DNA of 64,000 bases from Octopus bimaculoides (lineage: Eukaryota). The notes beneath the pieces were generated by a model. That model worked only from the letters and a program-made list of their open reading frames with translations, was not told the DNA's origin and did not search any database. Positions within the stretch are counted from its first letter, which is position 1; each line of letters opens with the position of its first letter. The stretch spans positions 65,781,364-65,845,363 of the forward strand of contig NC_068986.1 in the NCBI RefSeq assembly GCF_001194135.2, given 5' to 3'. Positions 10,947-23,435 of the stretch are shown here, piece after piece. A program made the position numbers and the translations under genes.

Positions 10947-12123
10947 CAAGGATGGGCTGAAAAGTTCATCGACCGACTATGACGGAGTGACGCTAGAGCT
11001 GTGAAATATTGTCTGCTTTAATTTCAGCACCGCTTATTAATAACTTCATTGTTTCTTTCTTGGTAATCTGACATCTCACTTTTTAAAGAAGACTTCAAAT
11101 GTAACTTGTAACGACTTCTCTTGAAAATCGACAGTTTCGCATCGTGTTATGATCAAGTACCTGCAGGAAAAGGATCTTAGCCCCTAAAGTACATACATAC
11201 TGACATGGTTCCCATATTAGGGAATGACTCTCCAGCTTTATCAACAGTGCAAAAGTGGGCAGCTAAATTTAGGAGGGGAGGGAAGAGTCTTGAAGATGGC
11301 TCAAGGTCTGGACGTCTTGAAACTACCACCACTGAGGAAAACCCTGATCGTGTTCACTACATGGTGATGGATGACAGGTGATTGACTATAAATCAAATGG
11401 CCAATGCTATTAGCATATCCTCAGAGAGAATTGAGAATATTTTGCACAGTGAACTTGTTTTGGCGAAGGTTTTTATTTGGTGTGTGTCATGTTTTCGAAC
11501 ACCTGATCAAAAGTGCACCTGGTTGATCACATCACGGGAATATCTGACATTGTCCCAAGCAGCACCAGTTGGTTTCCTTGAACGAATCCTGAACCAGGAT
11601 GAATGTTGGCTTCATCATTTTGAGCCAGAAACAAAGAGACAATTTATGCCATGGAAAGAACCCTCCTCACCTGTTCCAGAGAAGGTCAAGGTCGTTTTAT
11701 CTGCGAAGAGGGTGATGACCTCAGTTTTTTCGGAAAGCAAAAGGCATCGTATTTATTCACTATATAGAAAAGGGCCACACCATCAATGAAGAGCACTATG
11801 CCAACTTGTTGTGACATTGAACTGGTTGATCACCCTCCCAATTCTCCTGATTTGGCCCTATCTGACAATCTTTTGTTCCCCAGCATGAAAAAACACTTAC
11901 CTAGGAGCCAGTATTGCAGTGATGATGGCGTCATACCTGCTTCTGGTGACTTTTTTTTACCAACAGGGTGAAAACTTTTTCACCAATGAGATCCAAGCAC
12001 TGCAACACCGTGGAAGAAGAGTGTTGACCGCAAAGGGTACTACGCTGCAAAATAAACCTCATTTGGCCTCATTCCATGAGAGTATCTTGGTCAGCCAATG
12101 ATGAACTTTTCAGCCGATTCTCA
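10947..12123 (+). mobile_element. Mariner element, decayed, with internal deletion removing the second catalytic Asp
   Basis: TA-flanked TIRs CAAGGATGGGCTGAAAAGTTCAT / ATGAACTTTTCAGCCGATTCTCA. Transposase motifs STVQKWAAKFRRG..SRSGR, NQDECWLHHFEPETKRQ, HPPNSPDLALSDNLLFP. Confidence 0.93.
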
Positions 12124-12604
12124 TAATGTAGCCGGATCACGTGTGAGTTGAAATGCAAGTTTGATGTTTCAAGGAGATAAATGATAAATCGTAAACATAT
12201 AATAGTCGGCTGCTGGAAGTAATCTACTTTACGCCTGTGGGTATTTGGTCATACCACTAAATTGTTAAGGCCTTCGTGCCAACTTAATGGTAAACGAGTG
12301 CTCTGCCAGTCTTAATACCTATTTTTGCCAGAAGCGGAGTCTGAAGCAACAGCGAGTAAAAATACCTTGTCCGAAGTTATAATACGTCTTTGGACTCGGA
12401 AATCAAACACGTGTCGTATGAACAAGATCCCAGTTTCCTAACTACATGATAACACGTCTTCTCGAAGGAGAAAACAACCAGATTCGAATTGAATACATAG
12501 AGAAATATCATTTTCATATCAATGGCCGTGTGGTTCAGAAACTCATTTTGCAACCAGTGGCGATTTCGGGTTCAATACTTCTGCACGGCGCCTAGGGCAG
12601 GCAA

Positions 12605-12680
12605 ACATTTTCTATTATAGTTCCAGGCGGACCAATGCCTTGCGAGTAAATTTGGTAGACGGACGCTATGTAAAAGCACC

Positions 12681-12722
<42 letters not shown>

Positions 12723-12936
12723 ATGTGTGTGTGTGTGTGTGTTTGTGTGTGTGTGCCTGTATGTGTATGCCTGTATGTGTATGTCTGTTTGTGTGTGTCG
12801 TGTGTATGTGGTGCGTGTGTGTGATGTGTGTGGTGTGTTTTTAATGTGTGCTTGTGTGTACACACATACTAAACACACACCACACACACCACACACACGC
12901 ACAAACAAGCATACACACACAGGCACACACAGGCAC

Positions 12937-13011
<75 letters not shown>

Positions 13012-13258
13012 ATATATATGATTGTATTATGTGCACATGCATATGTGTGTATATACCTTTGGGTTTGTTCCCCACCACTGCTTGGCAACCTGTGTTGGTT
13101 TTTTTAAAGTTCCAATAATTAGCGATTCGATAAAAGAGACCGATAGAATAATCATCAACCTTAAAACAATTACTGGTGTCGATTTGTTTGACTAAACCTT
13201 TGTAGGTGGTGACACACGTGGTTGCAGTCCAATGACTGAAGCAAATAAAGGATAAACG
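12605..13258 (+). mobile_element. 5'-truncated SINE (family B) with expanded internal microsatellite
   Basis: GACCAATGCCTTGCGAGTAAATTTGGTAGACGG before the (TA)/(TG)/(CA) block and GTTTGTTCCCACCACTGCTTG..AAAAGAGACCGATAGAATAA..GCAGTCCAATGACTGAAGCAAATAAAGGATAA after it. Same two halves as the 63319-63770 copy. Confidence 0.75.
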
Positions 13259-13287
13259 ATATTTACACTTATGTAGTAAAGGGATGA

Positions 13288-13510
13288 AGGGTCGTGCGTT
13301 GGCAGAATCTTTAGTCTTTAGAGTGTCGGACAAAATGCCTTGCAATATTTAGTCACAGCGTCTGAGATTAAATTCCGTCGAGGTCGACTTTGCCTTTCAT
13401 CCTTTCGGGAGTCGATAAAATAAGTACCAGTTGAACACTGGGGTTGAAGTAATCGACTTGCCTCCCCACTCCCTCGTACTTGCTGGTCTCGTGCCAATAT
13501 TTGAAACCAA
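13288..13510 (+). mobile_element. tRNA-derived SINE (family A)
   Basis: GAGGTCGACTTTGCCTTTCATCCTTTCGGG.GTCGATAAAATAAGTACCAGTTG..TTGCTGGTCTCGTGCCAA..TTTGAAAC, shared with several other copies in the window. Confidence 0.85.
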
Positions 13511-13524
13511 AATTTAGTTACAGC

Positions 13525-13731
13525 TAAGGAGGCGAGCTGACAGAATCGTTAACACGCCGAGAAAAAGGCTTAGCGGCGTTTCGTCCATCTTCACGTCTTA
13601 AGTTCAAATACCACCGAGGTCGACTTTGCCTTTCAAACTTTCGGGGTGATAGAATAAATACCAGCTGAATACTAGGGTCGACATACCCCTCACTCAAAAT
13701 TGCTGGCCTTGTGCCAAAATTTGAAACTAGT
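13525..13731 (+). mobile_element. tRNA-derived SINE (family A), full length, flanked by a 13-bp direct repeat
   Basis: Head GGCGAGCTGACAGAATCGTTAACACGCCG, B-box-like GTTCAAATAC. ATTTAGTTACAGC occurs at 13512-13524 and 13732-13744. Confidence 0.9.
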
Positions 13732-14893
13732 ATTTAGTTACAGCTCTTTCTGCTCTGAATTTAAATCAAATTTTCTGATCATATTTCCCTGTTCATTAAA
13801 CAAAAGTTCCATATGTTATAAATTTTTATATTTAGATAAACTCTGACTGAGCGGATCTATGATCAAATATAACGCATTCATGACCATCTCATCTTATTTT
13901 TCTATATAAAGAAAACATACGAGCGCCTAGTCTATCCTTTGGAGGGGGTACGTTATATGAGATTTAATGTAGATTTTGCTATTTTTCATCCGTTCGAGTG
14001 AAAATGTAGCACATGTAATCGATATTCTGATGAGGTTTCAAATGTGTTCGCACCTCGAGTACAGAGAGTGATTTAATTTAGTATACGCTCTCTAAAAATG
14101 TGTGGCTTAGGGACATTGTTAGAAATCAATGTTAGAGATAACAATGCAATGTCGGGTTGCAGACTAACACACATACATACGTACACAACCATCAGACAGG
14201 CAGGCAGACAGGCAGACAGAAAAGCAGACATGTATAAGGAGAAACCCTGGAGCCGAACTGGAAATGTTTTAGCGGTTTGAACACTGAGCTTCTAGATGCA
14301 ACATGTGAAGACCAGATGATATTAATTAATAAAAAAACGACGTTGAGAAGGTTGATGGCGGTGGCGGTGGCGACGGTGGCGATGACGATAAAAAGGCGGA
14401 GGGGATGTGGTGGTAGGGATGGTTGCAGTAACGGTGCTGGTGATGATGCGGAGAAGAGATACATACTGCTCGAACCGTTGTTAGTGCTGAAACTATCGAA
14501 GCCTTCTGCTGGTGCGGATACTGATGATGATGAAGAAAGTAATGTAAAATTATTGCAGCACAATTCCTTTCCTTCTTTCACCCTTTCCGTCTTTCTTTCT
14601 CACTTTCTTCATTTCGTCTTTCTTAATTTCTTCCTCTCTGTCTTCTTTTCTTTTTTTCCTTCTGCCTTTCTTTACATCTATAATTTCATTTAACGTTGAT
14701 TTGACAACTGGAAGGAAACGAACAAACCATCGCAACTGTTGCCAGGAATTGGCTAATAACACTCCACTGATAAATATTCATAGATTTAGATGTGAGTATG
14801 CGTGTGTGTCTAGGGGGTGGTATTGCTGGCGGTTTTGGAGATTTGGGGTAGTGTAGGAAGAACTGAGGAACTCGATATTTAACACTATACACA

Positions 14894-14944
<51 letters not shown>

Positions 14945-15259
14945 TTATCTATCTCTCTATCTCTCTAGCTATCTATCTATCTATTTATCTATCTATCTAT
15001 CTTGTTTATATACATACGTATGTACATATATGGATGCATATGTGAGTGCATTTGTATCAACTATCTTTGAATACAAATTGATATATCTATAACTATATAC
15101 TTATTTGTGCATACGTGTATATACACGCGCGTCTAAGTGTATATGTTCAAATACATGTTTAGGTGAACAGATAGATGTGTGTATGTATGTATATGCATGG
15201 GTATGTGTAGGTATGTATGTATGTACGTATGTATGTATGTATGTATGTATTATGTCAGA

Positions 15260-15610
15260 TCGCTCTCGGACGCTACTGGTAACATATAACCCAATACAAC
15301 TTGTTGCATGGCGGGGTCGTTGGTGACTAAACTGATAACCCCATCAAGTTTGTTTGGTGAGGGAGTAATTTTTGGACATCTTGCAGGGACGAAAAATAAA
15401 ACCTGTCAAAGGGCGGAAGAGCTGATGAGCAGTCATCGGCCATCCCACAATATGTGTACATGTGTATGTCTGCATGTATGTATGCACGGGGACGCAGAAA
15501 TACCTGGGTTGGTGTCCAGGCGCGTGGTTGCCCCACTGGGAGTGGGAGGCCCCTCTGTTGTTCTCACAACATCTCTCTAGGAGGGAGAAACTCTGAGACA
15601 AAACCTGCAA
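15260..15610 (+). mobile_element. Possible 5' UTR relic of an RTE-type LINE
   Basis: GC-richer island with AATAAAACCTGTCAAAGGGCGGA..GTCATCGGCCATCC and CTAGGAGGGAGAAACTCTGA, resembling RTE 5' UTR motifs from memory only. No ORF support. Confidence 0.35.
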
Positions 15611-15854
15611 CACTGACAATAATCAATGATGTAGACAAGTTCTTTTCGAATTTATGCTGTCCATGTTCAGAGAGTGGGATTGGATTTCTGCAAATCTTTT
15701 CCCCACTATAAAAAAATCATCATGCACAGGCATCGCTTGAAAATTAAAGATCTATCACAAAAGTGGCTGAGCGGAGCCTTCGCATATGCGGGATGGCAAT
15801 ACTCGAACACGAGTTTGCAGCCATCGTGTATGTTTACGGGATTCTGTATGCATA

Positions 15855-15975
<121 letters not shown>

Positions 15976-16284
15976 TAATATAGATTTTTAGTTATTCAAA
16001 ACTGTGAAACCCTGACTCAATCAAGTACTCAATACATTGGTAGAAAGATTGACAGATACTTTGAATATTACATGAATGGTTGAATAAATAGCTCTGTGTT
16101 TAAAACTTAAGTCTTATTTTCGCGTATAAAAAATGAACGAAATTTTTGGCCAACTCTCTCTCGCTATTTCCTTCTCTCCATCCCTCCCCCCTCTCTCTCT
16201 CTCCCTTACTGTCTCGCTCTCCATATATATGTATATCATTTTATGTACACAGCATAAGCATACGAGCTACTGGTATTCTCTTGC

Positions 16285-16571
16285 TTTGGAGACACGGGTC
16301 TAGACGGGTTTTTATAGGATGTCTTGTATCTCTAAGCAATCTGCGGGTACTGCACCCATGGTCAATTCTAATTGCAAATCTGGACGCTGGTACAAGTGAA
16401 ATCACAAGAAAAGAAGCGAGAAATTGATACAAAAAGTGCATCGTTTTTCTCGTGATTTCTCTTTTACCAGCGTCCTGATCTGCAATTAGAAAGCACTATG
16501 TGCCCAACGCCTCAGAATTGCTTGGAGACACAAGGCGTGTTATTTGTCCTGCCCAAACATATGTCTCCAAA
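16285..16571. mobile_element. ~290-bp palindromic MITE-like element
   Basis: TTTGGAGACA...TCTAATTGCAAATCTGGACGCTGGTACAAGTGAAATCACAAGAAAA mirrored by TTTTCTCGTGATTTCTCTTTTACCAGCGTCCTGATCTGCAATTAGA...TGTCTCCAAA. Confidence 0.8.
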
Positions 16572-16685
16572 TCAGTTCCTTCTATCTTAATACAGAGTGT
16601 ATTAAACGATATTTCTCTCTGTGTGGATGGAGTAATTTTTTTGCTAATTTTACTTTAACGGAACAGTAAATTATATATATATATA

Positions 16686-17110
16686 TAGGCAAATTTGTTG
16701 CTGAAAATGCACCTAATTTTGAAAAACTTGTAATTGTTTAAAATAAATTTATTTACGTATATACCAAAGTAGTTTCAACAATATTTTTGGTTTATCAATG
16801 GCAAAAACGTAGAATTATGAATTAGAAAAATAACTCTAAAAGTTTCAATGTTGACAAATTTAAATGTTCATAACAGACAAATTTAGAATTATGAATTAGA
16901 AAAACATGTTCAAAAATTTCGATGTTCACAAGTTTAAATGTTCATAACTGTCAATAATATTACAACTGTGCATCAATTTGTTTAAGTGTACAAAGCTCAT
17001 TAGTTTTAGTAGCGATCGACAAGAAATGAATATCATCAGTTTCAGTCGTACTTAGTTAAGAGGGAAAAACAAAAGAAATTTAGGTGCATTTTCAACAATA
17101 AATTTGCCTA
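16686..17110. mobile_element. TA-flanked MITE with ~35-bp TIRs and an internal ~74-bp tandem duplication
   Basis: TAGGCAAATTTGTTGCTGAAAATGCACCTAATTT vs reverse complement of AAATTTAGGTGCATTTTCAACAATAAATTTGCCTA. TAGAATTATGAATTAGAAAAA..AAATGTTCATAAC occurs twice inside. Confidence 0.88.
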
Positions 17111-17155
17111 TACTTTTTCCTGCGTAGACATACATCCCTTCCTTTGTTATATATA

Positions 17156-17901
17156 TCAGTGGCGACTCCAGTACTCGGGCTGTTCGGACTTAATCCAAGT
17201 ATAAATTTAGTAAAGTAAACGTGTATTTGCAAGATGATTTAATTTCTGCCAACACTGACTTCAAGTATGTAATTGCAGCCAATATCTCGGGTTCCTTTCT
17301 TTTTGAGCCTGGTCGAGATTCATTTACTTTCGTTCAGCGTCTGGCGGTCATCGTAGCGGACGTTCTCTCGACATCGCTCACACACACCTGACTCGGGTTC
17401 AAAAGTTACAGCCTGAGTAGTTGTCTATAATCATAAAAATTTAAACTAATTCAAATTCAATATTTTCTTGAAACAATAAATTTCTAGAGATTAGAATTTA
17501 AATTCCAATCTATGAAAATTTTCCATTCAACAATATTCTTAACGGAACGAGAACTTATCGAGCAACTCGGGTTAATACGAAAGAGCCTGTTAGGTGTAAC
17601 TGGTATCTCGTGTCAAGAGTACAGGCGACAGTCAGATCACTGATGTTTACTATGCAGTCCGATGTCGTTATTTGATTGCTGTTATTCTGTGCATCCGTGT
17701 GTGAAGATCAGTTGTGTTTTGCAGGGTTGCTTTATTTTTAACCCTTAACCTAGAAATGAAGAAAGACATTATTGCTAGATATAAAAAGATAAGCCATTTG
17801 GGGCTAGAAATATTGCGGAAAAACGTGAAATTCTTCGAGCAGATCTTATGCGAAATCTGTGATGAACCCGAATGATGCTGATGACCTGGAGTCGCCTCTG
17901 A
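17156..17901. mobile_element. Non-autonomous DNA transposon with 16-bp TIRs, TA flanks
   Basis: TA-TCAGTGGCGACTCCAG ... CTGGAGTCGCCTCTGA-TA (15/16 match). Superfamily unassigned. Confidence 0.78.
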
Positions 17902-18884
17902 TACATATATATATACATATATATNNNNNNNNNNNNNNNNNNNNNNNNNNNNNNNNNNNNNNNNNNNNNNNNNNCACATATATATATATCCTGCAGAACA
18001 TGCAACTACTTAGCTACCCCTACTTAAATTAAGCCCCATCAATTTTTACGTACTCCTCTCGTAAAGTAGGAGTACATATTAAACAAGATGGTACGCAACA
18101 ATGTTTTGTAGAAAATGGAATCATGGTCAATCTAATGCTCGACAAAGGAGTCTGGAGAGATGAGAATGCTTCATATATGGAAAAGTGATGTTTATGCATG
18201 TGTATAAATATATTTATATCTATCTATGCATGTATAAACATATATATGCATATACATAACAATGTTCATATACTTATACATTCACCTATAAATATGTCTA
18301 CACTGAAATATATGCAGTAGTATGTGCGTGTTAATGTATGTGTATATATATATATATATATGTATGTATGCCTGTATGTATATACATATGTATGTATGTA
18401 TGTGTGTGTATGTATGTATTTATGTATGCATATATGTATGTATGTATCTATGCATGTATATATGCGTGTGTTTGTAAGTCTATATATACATAGACACACA
18501 CAACAACCAGCCAACCAACCAACCAACCAACCAAACAAACAAACATAATACTTTTCTCATGTCATCTCGGAGGTAAAAATATGAATTGAATAAATTGTAT
18601 AACTTATTATTCAAACATGTCTGTCGTAAATCATATTACTGGGCAAATTGTCTAAACAGTGTGGGGAGAGTGAGAAATTGACAGAGAGAGTAGCATAAGA
18701 AAATGATTGATATTTCTCTGGTATTTGATCTTACTACGATCTTGCCAAATGGACAATGTACAATGGTGAACCAAAAGTTTGTTGCGCTGTGTTGTGGTAA
18801 CTATCCAACATCCAACAAGAATTATATAGTGCCACGTAGTAGAAGAATATCTAAAAAAAAAGTATCGTCATCTTTTGTAGTCAA

Positions 18885-18913
18885 TTTGGTTGTTGTTGCT
18901 GTTGTTGTTATGA

Positions 18914-18991
<78 letters not shown>

Positions 18992-19076
18992 CATTATTGA
19001 TGTTGTTGTTAATACTACTTCCGATACTATCACCATCCTTGTTATTTTGTTAATACAATTATTATTATGATTATTA

Positions 19077-19155
<79 letters not shown>

Positions 19156-19198
19156 TATTACTATTAATACTATTATTATTATTAATAATAACATCATA

Positions 19199-19251
<53 letters not shown>

Positions 19252-19252
19252 T
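18885..19252. repeat. Compound (GTT)/(ATT)n/(TAG)n trinucleotide microsatellites
   Basis: Direct reading. Source of the poly-Leu/Ile/Tyr/Ser ORFs. Confidence 0.95.
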
Positions 19253-19402
19253 TTTACATCATTCATTTTCCAACATTGGCATTCATTTTCAATGTCTATT
19301 TTCATAATTTATCTAGCTGTCTATTGATCGATCATAGCCTCCCTCTCTTTCTCTTTCTCTCTCTGTAAATATATATATGTATATATGTATACATACATAC
19401 AG

Positions 19403-19434
<32 letters not shown>

Positions 19435-19520
19435 GTATCTATGTATGTATGCATATATGTATATATATGTGTGTGTGCGTGTGTCTGTGTGTGTATGCAG
19501 ATACACACACACACACACAT

Positions 19521-19562
<42 letters not shown>

Positions 19563-20443
19563 GTATATATATTTACACCTACATATGCATATATACATGC
19601 ACATATATGCATACGTATATGACTATATATAAATATATATATAGTGTATGCGTGTGTTTATGTGTGCAGGTATGGATGTGCGGGGTCGCAGTTTACGTGT
19701 ATGTGTTCCTAAAACGAGAATATAAGTATCCAAATGCACTCTCTCACAGCTTTTTCGTCACTGTGTTTCGTATGTCTTTATTTTATTTCGCTGTATCTAT
19801 TAATGTATTCTTATATGTCTGGTAATCATGCTTACCCAGTTTCTTTTCCAACAACTTCCGGTTCAGTAATATTTTAATCCTATGGAACATCCAACCGTTT
19901 TAAAGGAAGATTATATAGCTCTAAATACGCTGTATTTAAGACAAAGGATAAGTTAGTTTTGGTTGTATTTTCTCTGCTCGATCAAGCTGTGATGGAGTGA
20001 AACAACCAGAACCGAATTCAACATGGCAACATACAGGGCTAGCATTAAGATTCAGGGTAAAATTTACAATAAATGTTATTTGTTGAAGGCCAAGCGAACG
20101 ATGTGGGGAAGTTTACGTTCCTAGATAACGTAGGTAAATTCAAAATTTTCCAGTATTTGTTTCGTTTTTTGCCCTCCCTATAACTATCATTATGAAGAAC
20201 CGCCACCGCCGCTGCCACCAACACCATTGTCGTCACCACATCCATAAGCGGCATTAATACAAAACAGAATTGAAACTCAGTATCTAAATACATCAACATA
20301 TATCGCCAACAACATCTCAGTGCAATCTTCAATTTTTAGGATGGCGGGTGTGATTCATGTGAGATTTGGCTACTATTTTTACAGGTCAGATAACTTCTCC
20401 AAGCTTAGTCGTTACATTGCACCTACACACATGCCTACAAACG

Positions 20444-20479
<36 letters not shown>

Positions 20480-20869
20480 TACACACACACACAAAAGTTT
20501 TATTTATATAAATATGTGTGCACATGCATTGTACTATTATTGTATAATTCGTCCACTTAGTCTAACAAAAGCATCTTTCTGCAGCTAACAACGAGCTAAC
20601 AACGCTGATCTTCCCTTTAATTTCTGATTATAAAAAAATGTGAATAATCTTTTGGTAAAGCCTAATTTTGAACGTAAACTACATTAGAATACTTCCCAGC
20701 TTGTTCCTATATTAGAACTAAATGAGCATGAAAATACAACAGAATCAACTTCTGTCTTTTGAAACCCGTTGATACTCCTTTATAATTCGAAGAAAATCCA
20801 TGTATCATCGAGCAAGAAAACAAGAACAATCTTTATGATATAGACAGAAATATTATAGTCCCGATTATG

Positions 20870-21190
20870 ACTGGTCATTGCTTTGGTATGACTTGATAAG
20901 CTTTCTTCATACTGGTCGGATTTTCGCTTGGGTTTGCCATTAATTATGTTCCTTTCCACTTCATAATTCTTTTTGCACTATATTTAAGTCTCGGTCTCGG
21001 TCTTCCATGGGTTTTTTCCCCCTTTTGCATTGTTGGGAGTGAAGGAGTTGTCTGAGGAGTCTACTGTTGTCTATTCTGAGTACGTGTCGTCTCCATCATA
21101 GGAAGAAGACCAGCATACCATAGGATCTCTTCACTCCTGAGCTTTTCAAATAGATTGATATTCATAATTCGTCGTACATGTCTCATCATA
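20870..21190 (-). mobile_element. RTE-clade LINE 3' fragment (post-RT region)
   Basis: Frameshifted minus-strand translation MRHVRRIMNINLFEKLRSEEILWYAGL..SRLLRQLLHSQ..GRPR.RLKY, resembling the RTE C-terminal LRRIL.I.W.DKV.NEEVL..RLPKQLL..RGRPRLRYKD. Confidence 0.65.
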
Positions 21191-21282
21191 TATGCATGTA
21201 ACATGTCAACTTGAGCTTTGTAGACTGTCTACAATTACATGGAAGCAAAAATATGTAACAGAATATTTTAAACATCATATAG

Positions 21283-21958
21283 CCGCATGCGCACTAAGTT
21301 TTGACGTTCTAACTCACTTTTACTGTTTACAGCAGTTCATGGAAGGAACGTGTGTGACGTGTGACCATCAAAGAGAAAGTTGAGCAGAGAACATGCTTCA
21401 GATTTTGTCAAAAGCTAGGCGATACCTGCTCAGAGGCCTACGCAAAGTATTCAAAAAGATTACATCGTTCTCGACACAATAAAGGAGATTTTGTGCAACT
21501 GAAATCCGAATGCCTTTTTGGTTTGCTGATAGCAGTTTTGGCATACATTTGGCAGACATGCGCCTCATATCCAAATCTTCAGTGGTAATAGAGGGAAGTG
21601 AAGAGTAACTAAACTGCACATTCTCTGATAACTCACGGATGTTGACTCGACGATTTCCCCTCACAGCTGCACACACGATGTTTTTCTCAGTTTTGCCTGT
21701 TGCGGGTCTCCCAGTACGTTCGTCAATATCGACATTTTTTCGGCCATCTTGGAAACATCTGAACCACTCGCACACTTGCGTGCGGTTCATACAGCCCTCT
21801 CCATACACTGCTGCAAACTGCGGAAGTGAGCTAGAACGTTAAAACTAAGTGCGCATGCACAGCAGCGTTCAAGATCAATCTTTGCCAAACGGCTTAACTC
21901 TGCATGTTATAGCTTCGTTATAACGGCAACAGTCCGGATACGTATTGATCAGACCTCG
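21283..21958 (-). mobile_element. Non-autonomous 5'-5' mariner derivative, copy 2 (one arm truncated)
   Basis: Minus ORF 21398-21808 (YGEGCMNRTQVCEWFRCFQDGRKNVDIDERTGRP..SAKCMPKLLS) and plus ORF 21361 (MTIKEKVEQRTCFRFCQKLGDTCSEAYAK). End CCGGATACGTATTGATCAGACCTCG. Same internal junction as 4871-5757. Confidence 0.85.
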
Positions 21959-22078
21959 TGTGTATATATATANNNNNNNNNNNNNNNNNNNNNNNNNNNN
22001 NNNNNNNNNNNNNNNNNNNNNNNNNNNNNNNNNNNNNNNNNNNNNNNNNNNNNNNNNNNNNNNNNNNNNNNNNNTATG

Positions 22079-22113
<35 letters not shown>

Positions 22114-22346
22114 GTATGTGTATGTATGTATATGCACACATATACACAGACTCATACGTGTATATATAATTATATGTATGTCACTGTTTGTATGTATTCG
22201 TATATATGATATATATACATCTTGTTTTCCATATGTATATGTTTGTATACGTATGCATTCTCACGCTTGTTGAATGCGTACTTGTGTTTTCGATCGTGCT
22301 CGTAGTATGTAGTGTGGCTTAGTGTGTATGGGTGTGTTCGTGTGCG

Positions 22347-22397
<51 letters not shown>

Positions 22398-22829
22398 CAA
22401 TCACGTGTGAGCAAGCATGTATGTGTGTGCATGAATTCTGTAATAAACACATGGCAGATGTTGGAAGGATATTGACGTTAAGGAGAAAATTACCATCGGC
22501 CTGCAGACCGAAACCGGAGCCTAGTAATCGATTCTCATCTGTATCCGGGTACTACGGGTGTTGTGTACTATCGTGATGATGATGATCGATAGTAGTACAA
22601 ATAATATTGCTAGCCAACATGAGTGTGTGGTTGTGTGTACGTGTGTGTGTGAGTGTGTGTGCGTGCGTGTGTGTGTGTATGTATGTGTGTGTGTGTGGGG
22701 GTGATAGTGAATGTGAACGAAAAAGCAACAGACTACTCAATACATTGTTAAACTATCCATTTGTTGAAAGATAAAACACTACACATTCGCATACTCTATT
22801 ATGTTTACACGCATATACACGAACATACT

Positions 22830-22943
<114 letters not shown>

Positions 22944-23067
22944 TGCGTGCGTGTCGTAATGTAACAATTGTAAAGTATATGCAAATAGTAGAACCCATCC
23001 AAGGGCGAAACTCGGAGAACATTAATTTCTCAATTAATAGATGTGTGGTTTGGGTTTTTTCTGATTA

Positions 23068-23105
<38 letters not shown>

Positions 23106-23189
23106 TGTCTGTCTGTGAAGGCTCATAGATTAGTGGTTATGGTATTAGCCTCATCATCAATTCCGGAACCGGGGACTTGTTTTGTCGTT

Positions 23190-23435
23190 GAGCAGCTCCA
23201 CACAGTTTCTATTCTCTATCCCAAATCACTATGTTAGATCTGTTATGATTGCATTTTATTGAGGTTTTCACTGAGAGATTCCACTAGTACTCATTTTTTT
23301 ATTATGGGTGGCTATGGTTTCTACCATACTATGGGTTATTTCTTTGTCCTCCGGGTTACCCTTCCGACGGATCTCATTATGCAGTGTCTTAGCTACAACA
23401 TCATGTCTCATCAGTAGATAATACTGTAATGACAT
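23190..23435 (-). mobile_element. RLE-type (R4/NeSL-like) LINE fragment: end of CCHC region plus restriction-like endonuclease start
   Basis: Minus strand reads YYLLMRHDVVAKTLHNEIRRK...EY*WNLSVKTSIKCNHNRSNIVIWDRE, matching the RHD.VA and HNRPDIV.WD motifs. Confidence 0.75.

Noticed and set aside
14027-14060. CTGATGAGGT..ACCTC hairpin as a hammerhead
   Set aside because: GAAA box absent, and the stem uses the core nucleotides.
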